A DNA stretch of 64,000 nucleotides from Minisyncoccia bacterium (GCA_041737125.1 JBGSSJ010000014.1:68375-132374); one strand, 5' to 3'; numbered from the stretch's first letter, positions 1 to 8,980 are shown. The notes: generated by a model not told the origin, from the letters alone. Translations and numbers: made by a program.

Positions 1-565
1 GTCTTGGTATTTCAATTTGCTCAGTTCTTTTGGATCTTTGAGATTTATGATTTATTTCTTGCTCACGAATTGGTCTGTAAACAGAAAGTGCTTTACCAAT
101 TACACTACTCAAAACACTATTTACTTTTAAGAAATCATTTACGATGATGTGATAGATTTGTAATCGCTGTTCTTTAAGTAGCCCAAGAAGCCACACATTT
201 AAGGCGGTTTTTAATTTACCCCAAGAACGCTCTGGAGCAAACTTTTTATCCTCATCAATTTGTTTAGATATGATATTAAAACAGAAAAGATTATATAATC
301 TCTCTAAATCGTGCTGTGACATCTCTTGTTCATAACTGCTTCCCTCAGAAAGAAGCTCCTGCTTGAAATTATCATAGTCATCAATCTCAACATCAACAAT
401 AAGCCCATTTGTGACTTTTTTATCTAAAGAAAGTTTTTTATCATTAAACTTTTTTATAACATTTGCTTTTGTATCTTTTTCTATAATACCAAAATAATTA
501 TTTGCTACCTTTTTGAAAGTTTCTTGGAAGCTATCACCTAAATCGTTATAGTCAGTACGGCTCAT
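1..565 (-). CDS. hypothetical protein, partial (runs off window start); N-terminus MSRTDYNDLGDSFQETFKK
   Basis: Manual translation of the minus strand gives an open frame from ATG at 565..563 to the window edge with no stops. It is divergent from the 586..1806 ORF. Confidence 0.4.
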   Translation of the reverse strand, partial: MSRTDYNDLGDSFQETFKKVANNYFGIIEKDTKANVIKKFNDKKLSLDKKVTNGLIVDVEIDDYDNFKQELLSEGSSYEQEMSQHDLERLYNLFCFNIISKQIDEDKKFAPERSWGKLKTALNVWLLGLLKEQRLQIYHIIVNDFLKVNSVLSSVIGKALSVYRPIREQEINHKSQRSKRTEQIEIPR

Positions 566-585
566 AAACACTGAGTCAAGAACAA

Positions 586-1806
586 TTGGGTTCCTTGAAA
601 TACACCGACAACATAAAAATTACTATGGATACAGTTATTATTAAAATATATAGCCCTCATAATTTTAGGATTTCAAATTGGTCTTTATTTTTACCAGAAA
701 TTGTAAAAAGAAAATACGAAGATTTATCACCTACAGAGCGTTCGTCTACTCATCCCTATCTTAGACGATTTGTACTTCATCCTAAATCGCAAGAAGAGTA
801 TTTACCTCGTGTTGAGTTATTTGAAGCACTGACTGAAGACCGTAAAGATATACGTCATATTCTCAAGATTGAGTTTTCTGTCCCAAAGTTACTTTATTGG
901 AATAGTTTACAAGAAGCTGGAGAAAATGACGAGCAAAGAGTTTATTTATACTTAAAGTCAGCATTAGAAAGAGTTAGTATTTATGTAGAGATTGAAACAA
1001 TTAAAAACGCAACATTGTCATCAGTACACGCTTGTAAAAATATACCTCTACCTAAAACAATAAAAATGAGAGAAGTCATTAACGAACTTGCAAAGATGGA
1101 TATAAATAAAGCATTTGATATAAGTGATAAACAGTGCAAAAAAGGGGCTAGAGTTCTTAATATATATTCTGGGACGATAGATTGGTCTTTTTATGACAAG
1201 ATTTCTGACTCTCTTAGACCTAAGAATAAAAGAAGTGATAAAGGTCGTATAAATCAAGAAAGGGTTGTTATAGAAAGATATGGTTTACAGAATAGAGAGG
1301 TATTTCGTTATGAATACCGAATAAAGAAATCTCAAACAATCAAAAGAGAAATAAACGGTTTGCTTAATAGAAAATACGAAACTAAAGTTACTTTCAAAGA
1401 CCTATTTACTCCAAACTTATTAAAAACCCTAGTTCTTAATTCTTGGCATTCACTTATAGACCGACCTGAAAATCAATTGTCTCTTTTTAACACAATTGAT
1501 AAATTAGGACTTTTTCTGCATATATTGTCCGAAGCAAAAAAGAAGGGAGAAAAAGCTCACAGTATGAATAATGCTCTCATTTCATACGGATTAGCAACTG
1601 CCATAAGAGACCACGGAGTAAAGGAGGTTCGTGGAGCAATGTTTGATATATGGGATACAGACCATCCAGAAAGATTAACAAAGAAAATACGAACAGCTTC
1701 AGAACTAACCAAGGGCTTACCATATTCCAATAGTATCTCTTATCTTGATACAGCACTTAAAAGGTTTGAACTTATCAACTTAACTTCCTTGGAGAAAGGT
1801 ATATAA
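586..1806 (+). CDS. hypothetical protein (406 aa in ORF track; true start may be the internal Met near 625); cargo gene next to a serine recombinase
   Basis: Long uninterrupted ORF with no recognisable motif; lies immediately upstream of the recombinase gene. Confidence 0.45.
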   Translation: MGSLKYTDNIKITMDTVIIKIYSPHNFRISNWSLFLPEIVKRKYEDLSPTERSSTHPYLRRFVLHPKSQEEYLPRVELFEALTEDRKDIRHILKIEFSVPKLLYWNSLQEAGENDEQRVYLYLKSALERVSIYVEIETIKNATLSSVHACKNIPLPKTIKMREVINELAKMDINKAFDISDKQCKKGARVLNIYSGTIDWSFYDKISDSLRPKNKRSDKGRINQERVVIERYGLQNREVFRYEYRIKKSQTIKREINGLLNRKYETKVTFKDLFTPNLLKTLVLNSWHSLIDRPENQLSLFNTIDKLGLFLHILSEAKKKGEKAHSMNNALISYGLATAIRDHGVKEVRGAMFDIWDTDHPERLTKKIRTASELTKGLPYSNSISYLDTALKRFELINLTSLEKGI

Positions 1807-1947
1807 TGTATACATCTACCCGTTTTATGCAAAAGCATTTTTATTTAGACAACTTAATTGTTTTCTGTACAAATGGGCACCCTTGTCCGCTTTGCTTTTG
1901 CAAAATGGGTAGAGCAAGGTTGCCCTTTTGTGCCTTTATAAATAATT

Positions 1948-3591
1948 ATGGAAAATAAAAATACAATTAAATACTTTATCTATGCTCGTAAATCATCTGA
2001 GTCAGATGAAAAGCAAGTTCAATCTATTGATGACCAGATACTTGTTATGAATGGAATTGCAAAAAGTTATGGCTTTAAGATTGTAGATATTATTTCGGAG
2101 TCAAAATCAGCAAAAGAACCTCACGGACGACCAGAGTTTGAAAAAATGATTGAGCGTTTTCAAAAAGGTGAAGCACAGGGTGTACTTGTTTGGAAAATAG
2201 ACCGTCTCTCACGTAATCCAATAGATAGTGCAACTATTCAATGGTTTTTACAGAAAGGAGTTATTGCTTCAATTCGTACACCAGATAGAGAATACCGTCC
2301 AGAAGATAATGCTTTGCTTTTGAGTGTGGAGAGTAGTATGGCAAATCAATATATAAGAGATTTAAGTACAAATGTGAAGCGTGGTCTTAAAAGTAAACTA
2401 GAGAAAGGTTGGATGCCTTGTACTGCTCCACTTGGTTATTTGAATACAAAAACAGAAATACGGGGTGAGAATTATATTATTAAAGATACAGAACGTTTTG
2501 ATTTAATTCGTAAAGGTTGGGATTTATTACTTACTGGAAATTATAATGTAGTACAAGTAATGAGGAAACTTAATGAGTGGGGTTTTCGTACTAGAGCTTG
2601 GAAAAGGAGAGGTAACAAACCACTTGCTAAAAGCACTGTATATAAGATTTTTAATAACGTATTTTATGCTGGAATTATTCCGTATAAAGATTTATATGTT
2701 CAAGGCAAACACGACACAATGATTACTATTGAGGAGTTTGATAGAGTTCAAGTATTACTCGGTAAAAAAGGTAAGCCACGCCCACATAATTATGAATATG
2801 CTTATACAGGGCAAATAGTTTGTGGTGATTGTGGGGGTGTTGTTTCAGCTACATTCAAAGAAAAAATTATTAAGAAAACAAATAAACTCCAAAGTTATAT
2901 TTTGTATTATTGTATTTGTGCTCGTAAGCATAGTGATAAATGCCCAGACCAAAAACATTATACTAATTCAGATAAGATAGATGAAAAAATTGAGAAAGAA
3001 CTCATCTCCTTGACCATTTTACCAGAGTTCAAAGATTGGGCTCTTGCTATTATTGCTGAAAAGAATGATGAAGAAATTACAAACAGAACGAAGATTTATG
3101 AGACCCAACAAAAAGCTGTAAACGAAACACAGAAACAAATTGATAACCTCACACAACTACGTTTGAAAGATATGATAGATGATGATGAATATACGAAAGA
3201 AAAAACACGATTAAAAAATGAATTGGCTCTTTTAAGAACAAAGATGAAGGGTACAGAAGAAAGAGCTGATAATTGGCTAAAACTAACAGAACAAACATTT
3301 GAGTTCGCTTGTTATGCTCATAAGGCATTTATGTTTGGTGATATACAAACTAAGAGAGAAATACTAGGAACCATATCTCGTTTGAACTCAACATTAAAAG
3401 ACCACATACTCAATGTTACCAAAGTAGAATGGCTAGTACCCATAGAAAAACAGTATCCTTTGATAAAAGAGAAGTATGATGCGTTTGAACTGAAAAATAA
3501 GCATAACCCACAAAGACAAAAGGACGCTTTCGCGTCCTTGAGTCCCTTAATGCGCAGTCGAAGGGACTTGAACCCTCAACCTCCCACGTGA
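1948..3591 (+). CDS. large serine recombinase (resolvase/invertase-type catalytic domain, recombinase domain, zinc ribbon)
   Basis: N-terminal YARKSSESDEKQVQSIDDQ...VWKIDRLSRN serine-recombinase catalytic motif; CGDCGG Cys cluster; coiled-coil C-terminus. The 3' end reads through the antisense of tRNA-Asp. Confidence 0.85.
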   Translation: MENKNTIKYFIYARKSSESDEKQVQSIDDQILVMNGIAKSYGFKIVDIISESKSAKEPHGRPEFEKMIERFQKGEAQGVLVWKIDRLSRNPIDSATIQWFLQKGVIASIRTPDREYRPEDNALLLSVESSMANQYIRDLSTNVKRGLKSKLEKGWMPCTAPLGYLNTKTEIRGENYIIKDTERFDLIRKGWDLLLTGNYNVVQVMRKLNEWGFRTRAWKRRGNKPLAKSTVYKIFNNVFYAGIIPYKDLYVQGKHDTMITIEEFDRVQVLLGKKGKPRPHNYEYAYTGQIVCGDCGGVVSATFKEKIIKKTNKLQSYILYYCICARKHSDKCPDQKHYTNSDKIDEKIEKELISLTILPEFKDWALAIIAEKNDEEITNRTKIYETQQKAVNETQKQIDNLTQLRLKDMIDDDEYTKEKTRLKNELALLRTKMKGTEERADNWLKLTEQTFEFACYAHKAFMFGDIQTKREILGTISRLNSTLKDHILNVTKVEWLVPIEKQYPLIKEKYDAFELKNKHNPQRQKDAFASLSPLMRSRRDLNPQPPT

Positions 3592-3626
3592 CAGGCGGGT
3601 GCTCTAACCAGTTGAGCTACGACTGC
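3553..3626 (-). tRNA. tRNA-Asp (anticodon GTC)
   Basis: Manual cloverleaf: acceptor GCAGTCG/CGACTGC, D-arm GCTC..GAGC, anticodon loop CTGTCAC, T-arm GAGGG-TTCAAGT-CCCTT; CCA not encoded. Confidence 0.8.
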
Positions 3627-3671
3627 ATTTAATTTACTACTCAAGCCTAACTTAATTTACGAATATTGCCT

Positions 3672-3716
3672 AGGTGGGTGCTCGCTATATTCTAATTGAG
3701 TTGAGCTACGACTGCA
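3672..3716 (-). pseudogene. partial copy of the tRNA-Asp 5' half (acceptor 5' strand, D-arm and start of anticodon stem)
   Basis: The gggtgctc and agttgagctacgactgca blocks are identical to tRNA-Asp positions, but the D-loop is replaced and no 3' half is present. Confidence 0.4.
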
Positions 3717-3744
3717 AATTATTTTCCCGGCCAATTCCGGACTG

Positions 3745-3817
3745 TGTCGGCGACAGGGAATGATCCTGTGACCTCGGGCTTATGAGTCCCGCGCTCTACC
3801 AACTGAGCTACGCCGAC
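3745..3817 (-). tRNA. tRNA-Met-like (anticodon CAT)
   Basis: Acceptor GTCGGCG/CGCCGAC, D-arm GCTC-AGTTGGTA-GAGC, anticodon loop CTCATAA, unusual T-loop ATCATTC. Flanked by a CCGG..CCGG hairpin 3' of the gene. Confidence 0.7.
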
Positions 3818-3848
3818 ATATATTCTCGTGTCACTTGTCGCGACCTTG

Positions 3849-3919
3849 TTGCGGGGCCTAGAATCGAACTAGGGTCTTAAGGTTATGAGCCTTACGAGAT
3901 ACCATTTCTCTACCCCGCT
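3849..3919 (-). tRNA. tRNA with CAT anticodon (Met, initiator or Ile2/lysidine type), with A1/A72 mismatch
   Basis: Acceptor AGCGGGG/CCCCGCA, D-arm GAGA-AATGGTA-TCTC, anticodon loop CTCATAA, T-arm CCTAG-TTCGATT-CTAGG. Confidence 0.65.
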
Positions 3920-4048
3920 ATATAAAATAAGACATAAAAACGCTCAAACGAGCATAATAGCTATTATACTTAAAATAGAGAATTTTGCAATCATAGAATA
4001 TAATCCTTTGACTTTAATCCTAAATAGGTTTAGTCTATTTATGGTAAC

Positions 4049-4288
4049 TTGATTTTTTACAATCTAAACTCCCAAGTAATGATATGGCAAATATCTAACA
4101 TAACACGGCATCTTCTTTCTTGGGAATCAAATTATTCCCTAGATATATCACCAGACCTTGATTTTTATCATGGTATGGAAGATGAAGACTACTATTCACA
4201 AACTTATGATCTTTTCGATGAATTAGGCTATGCAAACGCCAAATCGATAGGGGAAGTAGGCATTGCGAGATTCTGTAGTGATTTATGA
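4049..4288 (+). CDS. hypothetical small protein
   Basis: ORF only; no motif recognised. Confidence 0.2.
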   Translation: MIFYNLNSQVMIWQISNITRHLLSWESNYSLDISPDLDFYHGMEDEDYYSQTYDLFDELGYANAKSIGEVGIARFCSDL

Positions 4289-4390
4289 TAATAAAAGTTT
4301 TCTCGGCCACCCAAAAGGTGGTCTTTTATATGGTATAAACATACCGTTTGACATTATTCTCAAATGGGTGCATTATGTTCCTAAGCGATT

Positions 4391-4801
4391 TTGCGAATAT
4401 TAAAAATAAATTTTATGTACGTTTTAATTCCTAACCGAAAGGTGGATATCATATTTAAATGGAATAAGTTGGGATTTTCTCTGGAAGAAGATCTGGAACT
4501 TTTTAAAAGAGAAAATAGTTTCGAGGAGCCGGAAAGTTTAGGGCTTCAAAAAATTAATTTTTCATACTTGTATTTAGAGGGATTGACTCTTCCAGTATGT
4601 AGTATTTGGGGGCAAACTTTCCAAATATCCTACGGGGATGTAGTAGTCCCGGAAGAGTTCTTTCAAACTAATTATTTTGAAATGGATAAAATATATCCAG
4701 GGCAAATAGTTAGTCCCAACTATCAAAAATTCGTTCTAACAGAAGATTGGCGAAAAATTGATCCAGATCTAAAGATTGTTTATATTTTTAGACCTTCCTA
4801 A
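4391..4801 (+). CDS. hypothetical protein
   Basis: ORF only; no motif recognised. Confidence 0.3.
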   Translation: MRILKINFMYVLIPNRKVDIIFKWNKLGFSLEEDLELFKRENSFEEPESLGLQKINFSYLYLEGLTLPVCSIWGQTFQISYGDVVVPEEFFQTNYFEMDKIYPGQIVSPNYQKFVLTEDWRKIDPDLKIVYIFRPS

Positions 4802-4903
4802 TTGCCTGTACTTTAAAAAATTTAACAAGGCTGTACTCTACATGAGGCAGCCTTTTTGTTTGGAAATAAACTTTAATTATAGTATTATCAGCATTATCTG
4901 CAC

Positions 4904-4978
4904 GCCGTCGTAGCTTAGTGGTAAAGCACTGTCTTGGTAAGACAGAGACCATGAGTCCGATTCTCATCGACGGCTCCA
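4904..4978 (+). tRNA. tRNA-Thr (anticodon GGT), CCA encoded
   Basis: Acceptor GCCGTCG/CGACGGC, D-arm GCTT-AGTGGTA-AAGC, anticodon loop TTGGTAA, T-arm ATGAG-TCCGATT-CTCAT, followed by TCCA. Confidence 0.85.
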
Positions 4979-4984
4979 AAATAA

Positions 4985-5030
4985 AAGGCCTCTTCTTATA
5001 AAAGAAGGGGCCTTAAGGGTTTGTTTTTTT
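4985..5030. terminator. bidirectional rho-independent terminator
   Basis: AAGGCCTCTTCTT-ataaa-AAGAAGGGGCCTT hairpin followed by a T-run; sits between the tRNA-Thr gene and the convergent proC-like gene. Confidence 0.55.
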
Positions 5031-6033
5031 ATTGCCAGAGGGGTAGCGCGTAAGGTTTAATGCTTTGCCCAGAAAGATTATCCGAATTGTTTTTCCTTCT
5101 CCATTCATTAAAATCATTGTTTATTTTACGTTTCATTGATTTAACCTTCTTGTACATAGCATCAAATGCTTTTGAAAGTTTTTCAACAGAGAGTATATCC
5201 TCAAGTGAGTTACATAAGGTTAATCCTCTCTCTGTGCATCCACCAGGTGTAGCTACAATCTTAATATAATCTTCAAGCTTGTCGCACCCATCATCCATAC
5301 CAATAGAAAGACATAGGGTGTAGTAAGTACTATCGAAGCTTAATCGAGCTGTTTGATGAAAACCCGAGCCAAATATTTTTAAAGTTGCCTCCTTTTTGGC
5401 GGTTAAATATTTTTCTATCAGGCCTTGTCTTGATTTCAATTGTCTCAGAAATACACCAAATGATTTATCTCCCCCTTCTATTTCATATCGAAGTTTTATG
5501 TATTGGGAATCAAACGCTGCCATTGATGCACATAACACTATGTATTTTTCAATATCTCCAGTAGAAACATCGAGCATTACTTGGTGTTTTAATTGTGGAA
5601 AAATTTTTTTCATTAATGAGACCTGATCTTCTTTTATGGCTCGATAGCAAATAATCCCATAACCATAAGCAATGTTTACATTTACTGTCGCTTTAACAAC
5701 ACTCTCCTCTGATATTTTTATTATCCTAGAAATTATTGTGATGTTAAGTCCTGTTACAAAGCTTATAATCTTAGCATCAGGGTTTATTCTACCTCTAAGA
5801 TCAACCAAAAGATTTACAGCATCAACTGGCCTTACAGCCAAAATAATATGTTTATAATCCTTTAGGTCGGGTGAGTTAATTTCCAGATTCCTTGCGTCTG
5901 GATTTTGAGGGTTGAAGTAGTCACGTTTTACTACAAAAATGTTTTCTTTTTTGTAGCCTGCGTAATTTATCAAGCCTTGAACAATTTCTTTACCAAGTTT
6001 ACCGTTGCCAATGATGGCGATTTGCTTACTCAT
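5029..6033 (-). CDS. proC: pyrroline-5-carboxylate reductase-like NAD(P)-binding oxidoreductase with a C-terminal extension
   Basis: N-terminal Rossmann motif IAIIGNGKLGKEI and C-terminal ATPGGCTERGL motif typical of ProC. Confidence 0.5.
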   Translation of the reverse strand: MSKQIAIIGNGKLGKEIVQGLINYAGYKKENIFVVKRDYFNPQNPDARNLEINSPDLKDYKHIILAVRPVDAVNLLVDLRGRINPDAKIISFVTGLNITIISRIIKISEESVVKATVNVNIAYGYGIICYRAIKEDQVSLMKKIFPQLKHQVMLDVSTGDIEKYIVLCASMAAFDSQYIKLRYEIEGGDKSFGVFLRQLKSRQGLIEKYLTAKKEATLKIFGSGFHQTARLSFDSTYYTLCLSIGMDDGCDKLEDYIKIVATPGGCTERGLTLCNSLEDILSVEKLSKAFDAMYKKVKSMKRKINNDFNEWRRKNNSDNLSGQSIKPYALPLWQ

Positions 6034-6304
6034 TTTTTCAGCCTCCTCTGGCTGTGTTTATTTGATTTTTAATGAACAAAAAAGAGCCCCACATTATGTA
6101 GAGCTCTTTTTTATAATTTAATCTTAGAAGGAGAATTACATTACAAAAAACAACCCTACATGTTTGTTCCATGGAGTACAGAAGGGAGTGTTATATTTTT
6201 GTATGTTTCTCGACATATTTTTAATGTATCATACACGTTTTCATATTGCAACAGTTGTGATAATCTATGTTTATCAGTTGGTAGACCTGCCCGCCATCGC
6301 CTAA

Positions 6305-6377
6305 GCCCATGTAGCTCAATTAGTAGAGCATCGGTATCGTAAACCGAAGGTTAGGAGTGCAATTCTCCTCGTGGGCT
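6305..6377 (+). tRNA. tRNA-Thr (anticodon CGT) embedded between GC-rich inverted-repeat arms
   Basis: Acceptor GCCCATG/CGTGGGC, D-arm GCTC-AATTAGTA-GAGC, anticodon loop ATCGTAA, T-arm AGGAG-TGCAATT-CTCCT (atypical T-loop). Confidence 0.65.
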
Positions 6378-6448
6378 CAGGCGTAGGCAGGCGGGGCGAC
6401 CCCTTCGTAAGGGGTAGGTCCGCAGTTCGATTCTGCGAGGTGGCTCCA
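6378..6448 (+). pseudogene. 5'-truncated tRNA-like element (anticodon arm with CGT, canonical T-arm TTCGATT, acceptor 3' strand plus encoded CCA) lacking a matching 5' acceptor strand or D-arm
   Basis: ACCCC-TTCGTAA-GGGGT anticodon arm, CGCAG-TTCGATT-CTGCG T-arm, AGGTGGC-T-CCA. No GCCACCT partner found upstream. Confidence 0.35.
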
Positions 6449-6467
6449 TATTTGCTATACTAGTCTG

Positions 6468-7352
6468 ATGGATACAGAAGAAATAAAAAGAGAAATAGAC
6501 AAGCTAGAGGAGGAAATAACAGCTCCAGATTTCTGGAATAATAAATTAGAAGCACAAACTAAGATAAAGAAATTAGGGGAACTGAAAGACGCTTTACTTG
6601 GTAGTCAGAAGTATGACAAAGGTAATGCAGTACTCTCTATTTTATCTGGGGCAGGGGGTGATGATGCAGAGGACTTCTCCTCTATGCTTCTTACTATGTA
6701 TCTCAAATATATGGCAAGAAAAGGTTGGCAAGTGAATCTCATCCATGAGAATAAGAATGATGTGGGTGGCTTCCGCAACATATCTATAGAAGTCGCAGGG
6801 AAGAACGCTTATGGCACGCTGAAGAACGAGTCTGGAGTACATAGACTGGTACGTATATCACCATTTAATGCGAAGTCTCTTCGTCATACATCATTCTCTC
6901 TCGTAGAGGTGATACCGAAGCTCACAGTGAACGATAGTGTAATAGAAATACCACCCGAAGACATGAAGATCGAGTTCTCCAAGTCTGGAGGTCCAGGAGG
7001 CCAGAATGTCAACAAGAGGGAGACAGCAGTTCGCATAGTCCATATACCGACCAATCTATCCGTTCACGTCGCTACCGAGCGTTCCCAAGAGCAGAATCGC
7101 GAACGAGCGCTTGAAATGCTTAAAGGCAAGCTTTTTAAGAAGCGCCAAGAGGATGAGGCCAAGCTAAAAGCCGGTCTTTCTGTGTCTACGAAGTCAACCG
7201 AGATAGAGTGGGGCAGTCAGATTCGCTCATATGTACTCCATCCTTATAAACAAATAAAAGATCATAGGACCGATGTCGAAGTTCGTGATGTTGACAGCGT
7301 ACTTCTGGATGGTGAACTAGATGTCTTCATTGAAGCGGAAGCTCATTTGTGA
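6468..7352 (+). CDS. prfB: peptide chain release factor 2, short form (N-terminal domain reduced)
   Basis: SPF tripeptide motif (RISPFNAKSLRHTSF) and GGQ motif (GGQNVNKRETAVRIVHIPT); TGA stop. Confidence 0.85.
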   Translation: MDTEEIKREIDKLEEEITAPDFWNNKLEAQTKIKKLGELKDALLGSQKYDKGNAVLSILSGAGGDDAEDFSSMLLTMYLKYMARKGWQVNLIHENKNDVGGFRNISIEVAGKNAYGTLKNESGVHRLVRISPFNAKSLRHTSFSLVEVIPKLTVNDSVIEIPPEDMKIEFSKSGGPGGQNVNKRETAVRIVHIPTNLSVHVATERSQEQNRERALEMLKGKLFKKRQEDEAKLKAGLSVSTKSTEIEWGSQIRSYVLHPYKQIKDHRTDVEVRDVDSVLLDGELDVFIEAEAHL

Positions 7353-7368
7353 TATCCTTAGTAAGTAA

Positions 7369-8046
7369 ATGATTTATTTCAATAACGTCACAAAGAAATA
7401 TACGGACAGTATGTCACTTGATAATGTGACTATCTCTATATCTGCCGGTGAGTTTGTCGCTATTGTTGGTCACTCTGGTGCAGGGAAGACTACGTTGACG
7501 AAGCTTATCCTCGCTGAAGAGAATCCGACCGAAGGAACTATATTCTTTGAATCTACTGACATCCACAAGCTATCTAGTCGTGATCTGACTAACTTCCGTC
7601 GCAAGGTGGGTGTTGTTTTCCAAGATTTCCGCTTACTTTCGAATAAGACAGCATATGAGAATATAGCATTTGCCATGGAAGCTACGGGCAAAGACGATGA
7701 AGAAATAAGAGAAGACATACCGCATGTACTCGACCTTGTCGACTTATCTCATCGTGCTACACATTTCCCTCATCAACTCTCAGGTGGAGAGAAGCAGCGC
7801 CTCGCTATCGCCCGCGCAATTATTACACAGCCAGAGCTTATCATTGCGGATGAACCTACGGGCAATCTCGACCCAGTGAATGCCCATGAAGTTATAAATA
7901 TTCTAAAGAAGATTAATGATCTAGGTACTACTGTTATACTCACTACTCATAACCGCGCTATTATCGACTCACTGAAGAAGAGGGTAATTACTCTTGATAA
8001 TGGGAAAGTTATTAGAGATGATAAAGACGGCAAGTATGTGATATAA
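7369..8046 (+). CDS. ftsE: cell-division ABC ATPase FtsE
   Basis: Walker [13 protein letters not shown] signature LSGGEKQR, Walker [12 protein letters not shown]; followed by ftsX. Confidence 0.85.
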   Translation: MIYFNNVTKKYTDSMSLDNVTISISAGEFVAIVGHSGAGKTTLTKLILAEENPTEGTIFFESTDIHKLSSRDLTNFRRKVGVVFQDFRLLSNKTAYENIAFAMEATGKDDEEIREDIPHVLDLVDLSHRATHFPHQLSGGEKQRLAIARAIITQPELIIADEPTGNLDPVNAHEVINILKKINDLGTTVILTTHNRAIIDSLKKRVITLDNGKVIRDDKDGKYVI

Positions 8047-8054
8047 TAAATTTT

Positions 8055-8978
8055 ATGTTCTGGACCCACACCAAAAGAATTATACGCTCAGGATATCGCA
8101 GTTTCGTGCGTAGTGGCTTCACCTCTCTTTCTTCTATCCTTATGATGGTAATAACTCTATTTGTTATTACTAGCCTTATCTTTGTAAAAACTACACTAAC
8201 TACAGCCCTCGGTAATATAAAAGACAAAGTTGATGTCACTGTTTACTTTATTCCAGATGCGAATGAAGAAGTGATTACTGATATAAAGACGGGCCTCGAG
8301 AAGCTACCAGAAGTAAAAGAAGTTTCTTATACTTCTGCAGATGAAGCATTAGAATCTTTCCGTGCAAGGCATGCGAACGACTATCTCGCCCTTCAGTCTC
8401 TAGATGAGCTCGGTGATAATCCATTAGGTGCGACACTCAATGTCAAAGCCAAAGACCCTTCACAATACGAAGGTATTGCAAGCTACCTAGGTAATGGCGA
8501 CGCACTATCCAAGGGTGCACTTACTATTATAGACAAGATAGATTACCATCAGAATAAAGTAGTTATAGATAGACTTACTGCAATTATCGCCGGAGCTGAA
8601 CGTTTAGGCTTCGTTATATCATTGGTACTCGTAATAATATCTATTATCATTACATTCTCTACAATACGCCTGATTATATATATGTCTCGTGAAGAGATCG
8701 GTGTCATGCGCCTTGTTGGTGCAGGTACAAGGTATATACAGGGACCTTTCGTTGTATCCGGAATACTCGTTGGTATTAGTGCGAGTATTATAAACTTGCT
8801 TTTGTTCATCCCTATTTCTATTTGGCTAGGGAACAAAGTCACCGACTTCATAGGGCTCAACCTATTCACTTATTTTAAAGATAATTTCTTTCAATTATTT
8901 ATTATTATGCTTGGTTCTGGAATTATCCTTGGTGGTATATCTAGTGCCTTTGCTATTGCCCGCTATCTGAAGAAATAA
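8055..8978 (+). CDS. ftsX: cell-division permease-like protein FtsX
   Basis: N-terminal TM segment, large extracytoplasmic loop, three C-terminal TM helices; position after ftsE. Confidence 0.8.
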   Translation: MFWTHTKRIIRSGYRSFVRSGFTSLSSILMMVITLFVITSLIFVKTTLTTALGNIKDKVDVTVYFIPDANEEVITDIKTGLEKLPEVKEVSYTSADEALESFRARHANDYLALQSLDELGDNPLGATLNVKAKDPSQYEGIASYLGNGDALSKGALTIIDKIDYHQNKVVIDRLTAIIAGAERLGFVISLVLVIISIIITFSTIRLIIYMSREEIGVMRLVGAGTRYIQGPFVVSGILVGISASIINLLLFIPISIWLGNKVTDFIGLNLFTYFKDNFFQLFIIMLGSGIILGGISSAFAIARYLKK

Positions 8979-8980
8979 AA

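Noticed and set aside
5029-6033. Prephenate dehydrogenase or F420-dependent NADP oxidoreductase assignment for the 334-aa Rossmann protein
   Set aside because: The C-terminal ATPGGCTERGL motif fits the ProC family better. Kept as a ProC-like call with moderate confidence.
6063-6100. Hairpin AAAGAGC..GCTCTTTT upstream of proC as a terminator
   Set aside because: It lies in the 5' leader of the minus-strand proC-like gene and has no upstream plus-strand gene to terminate. It is more likely a UTR structure; not reported as a feature.
6378-6448. tmRNA (ssrA) 3' end or two-piece tmRNA acceptor piece
   Set aside because: The T-arm plus acceptor 3' plus CCA resembles a tmRNA 3' terminus, but no 5' GGGG acceptor partner pairs with AGGTGGC, and no tag-reading-frame or pseudoknot region follows. 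A truncated tRNA-Thr(CGT) duplicate is the simpler explanation.
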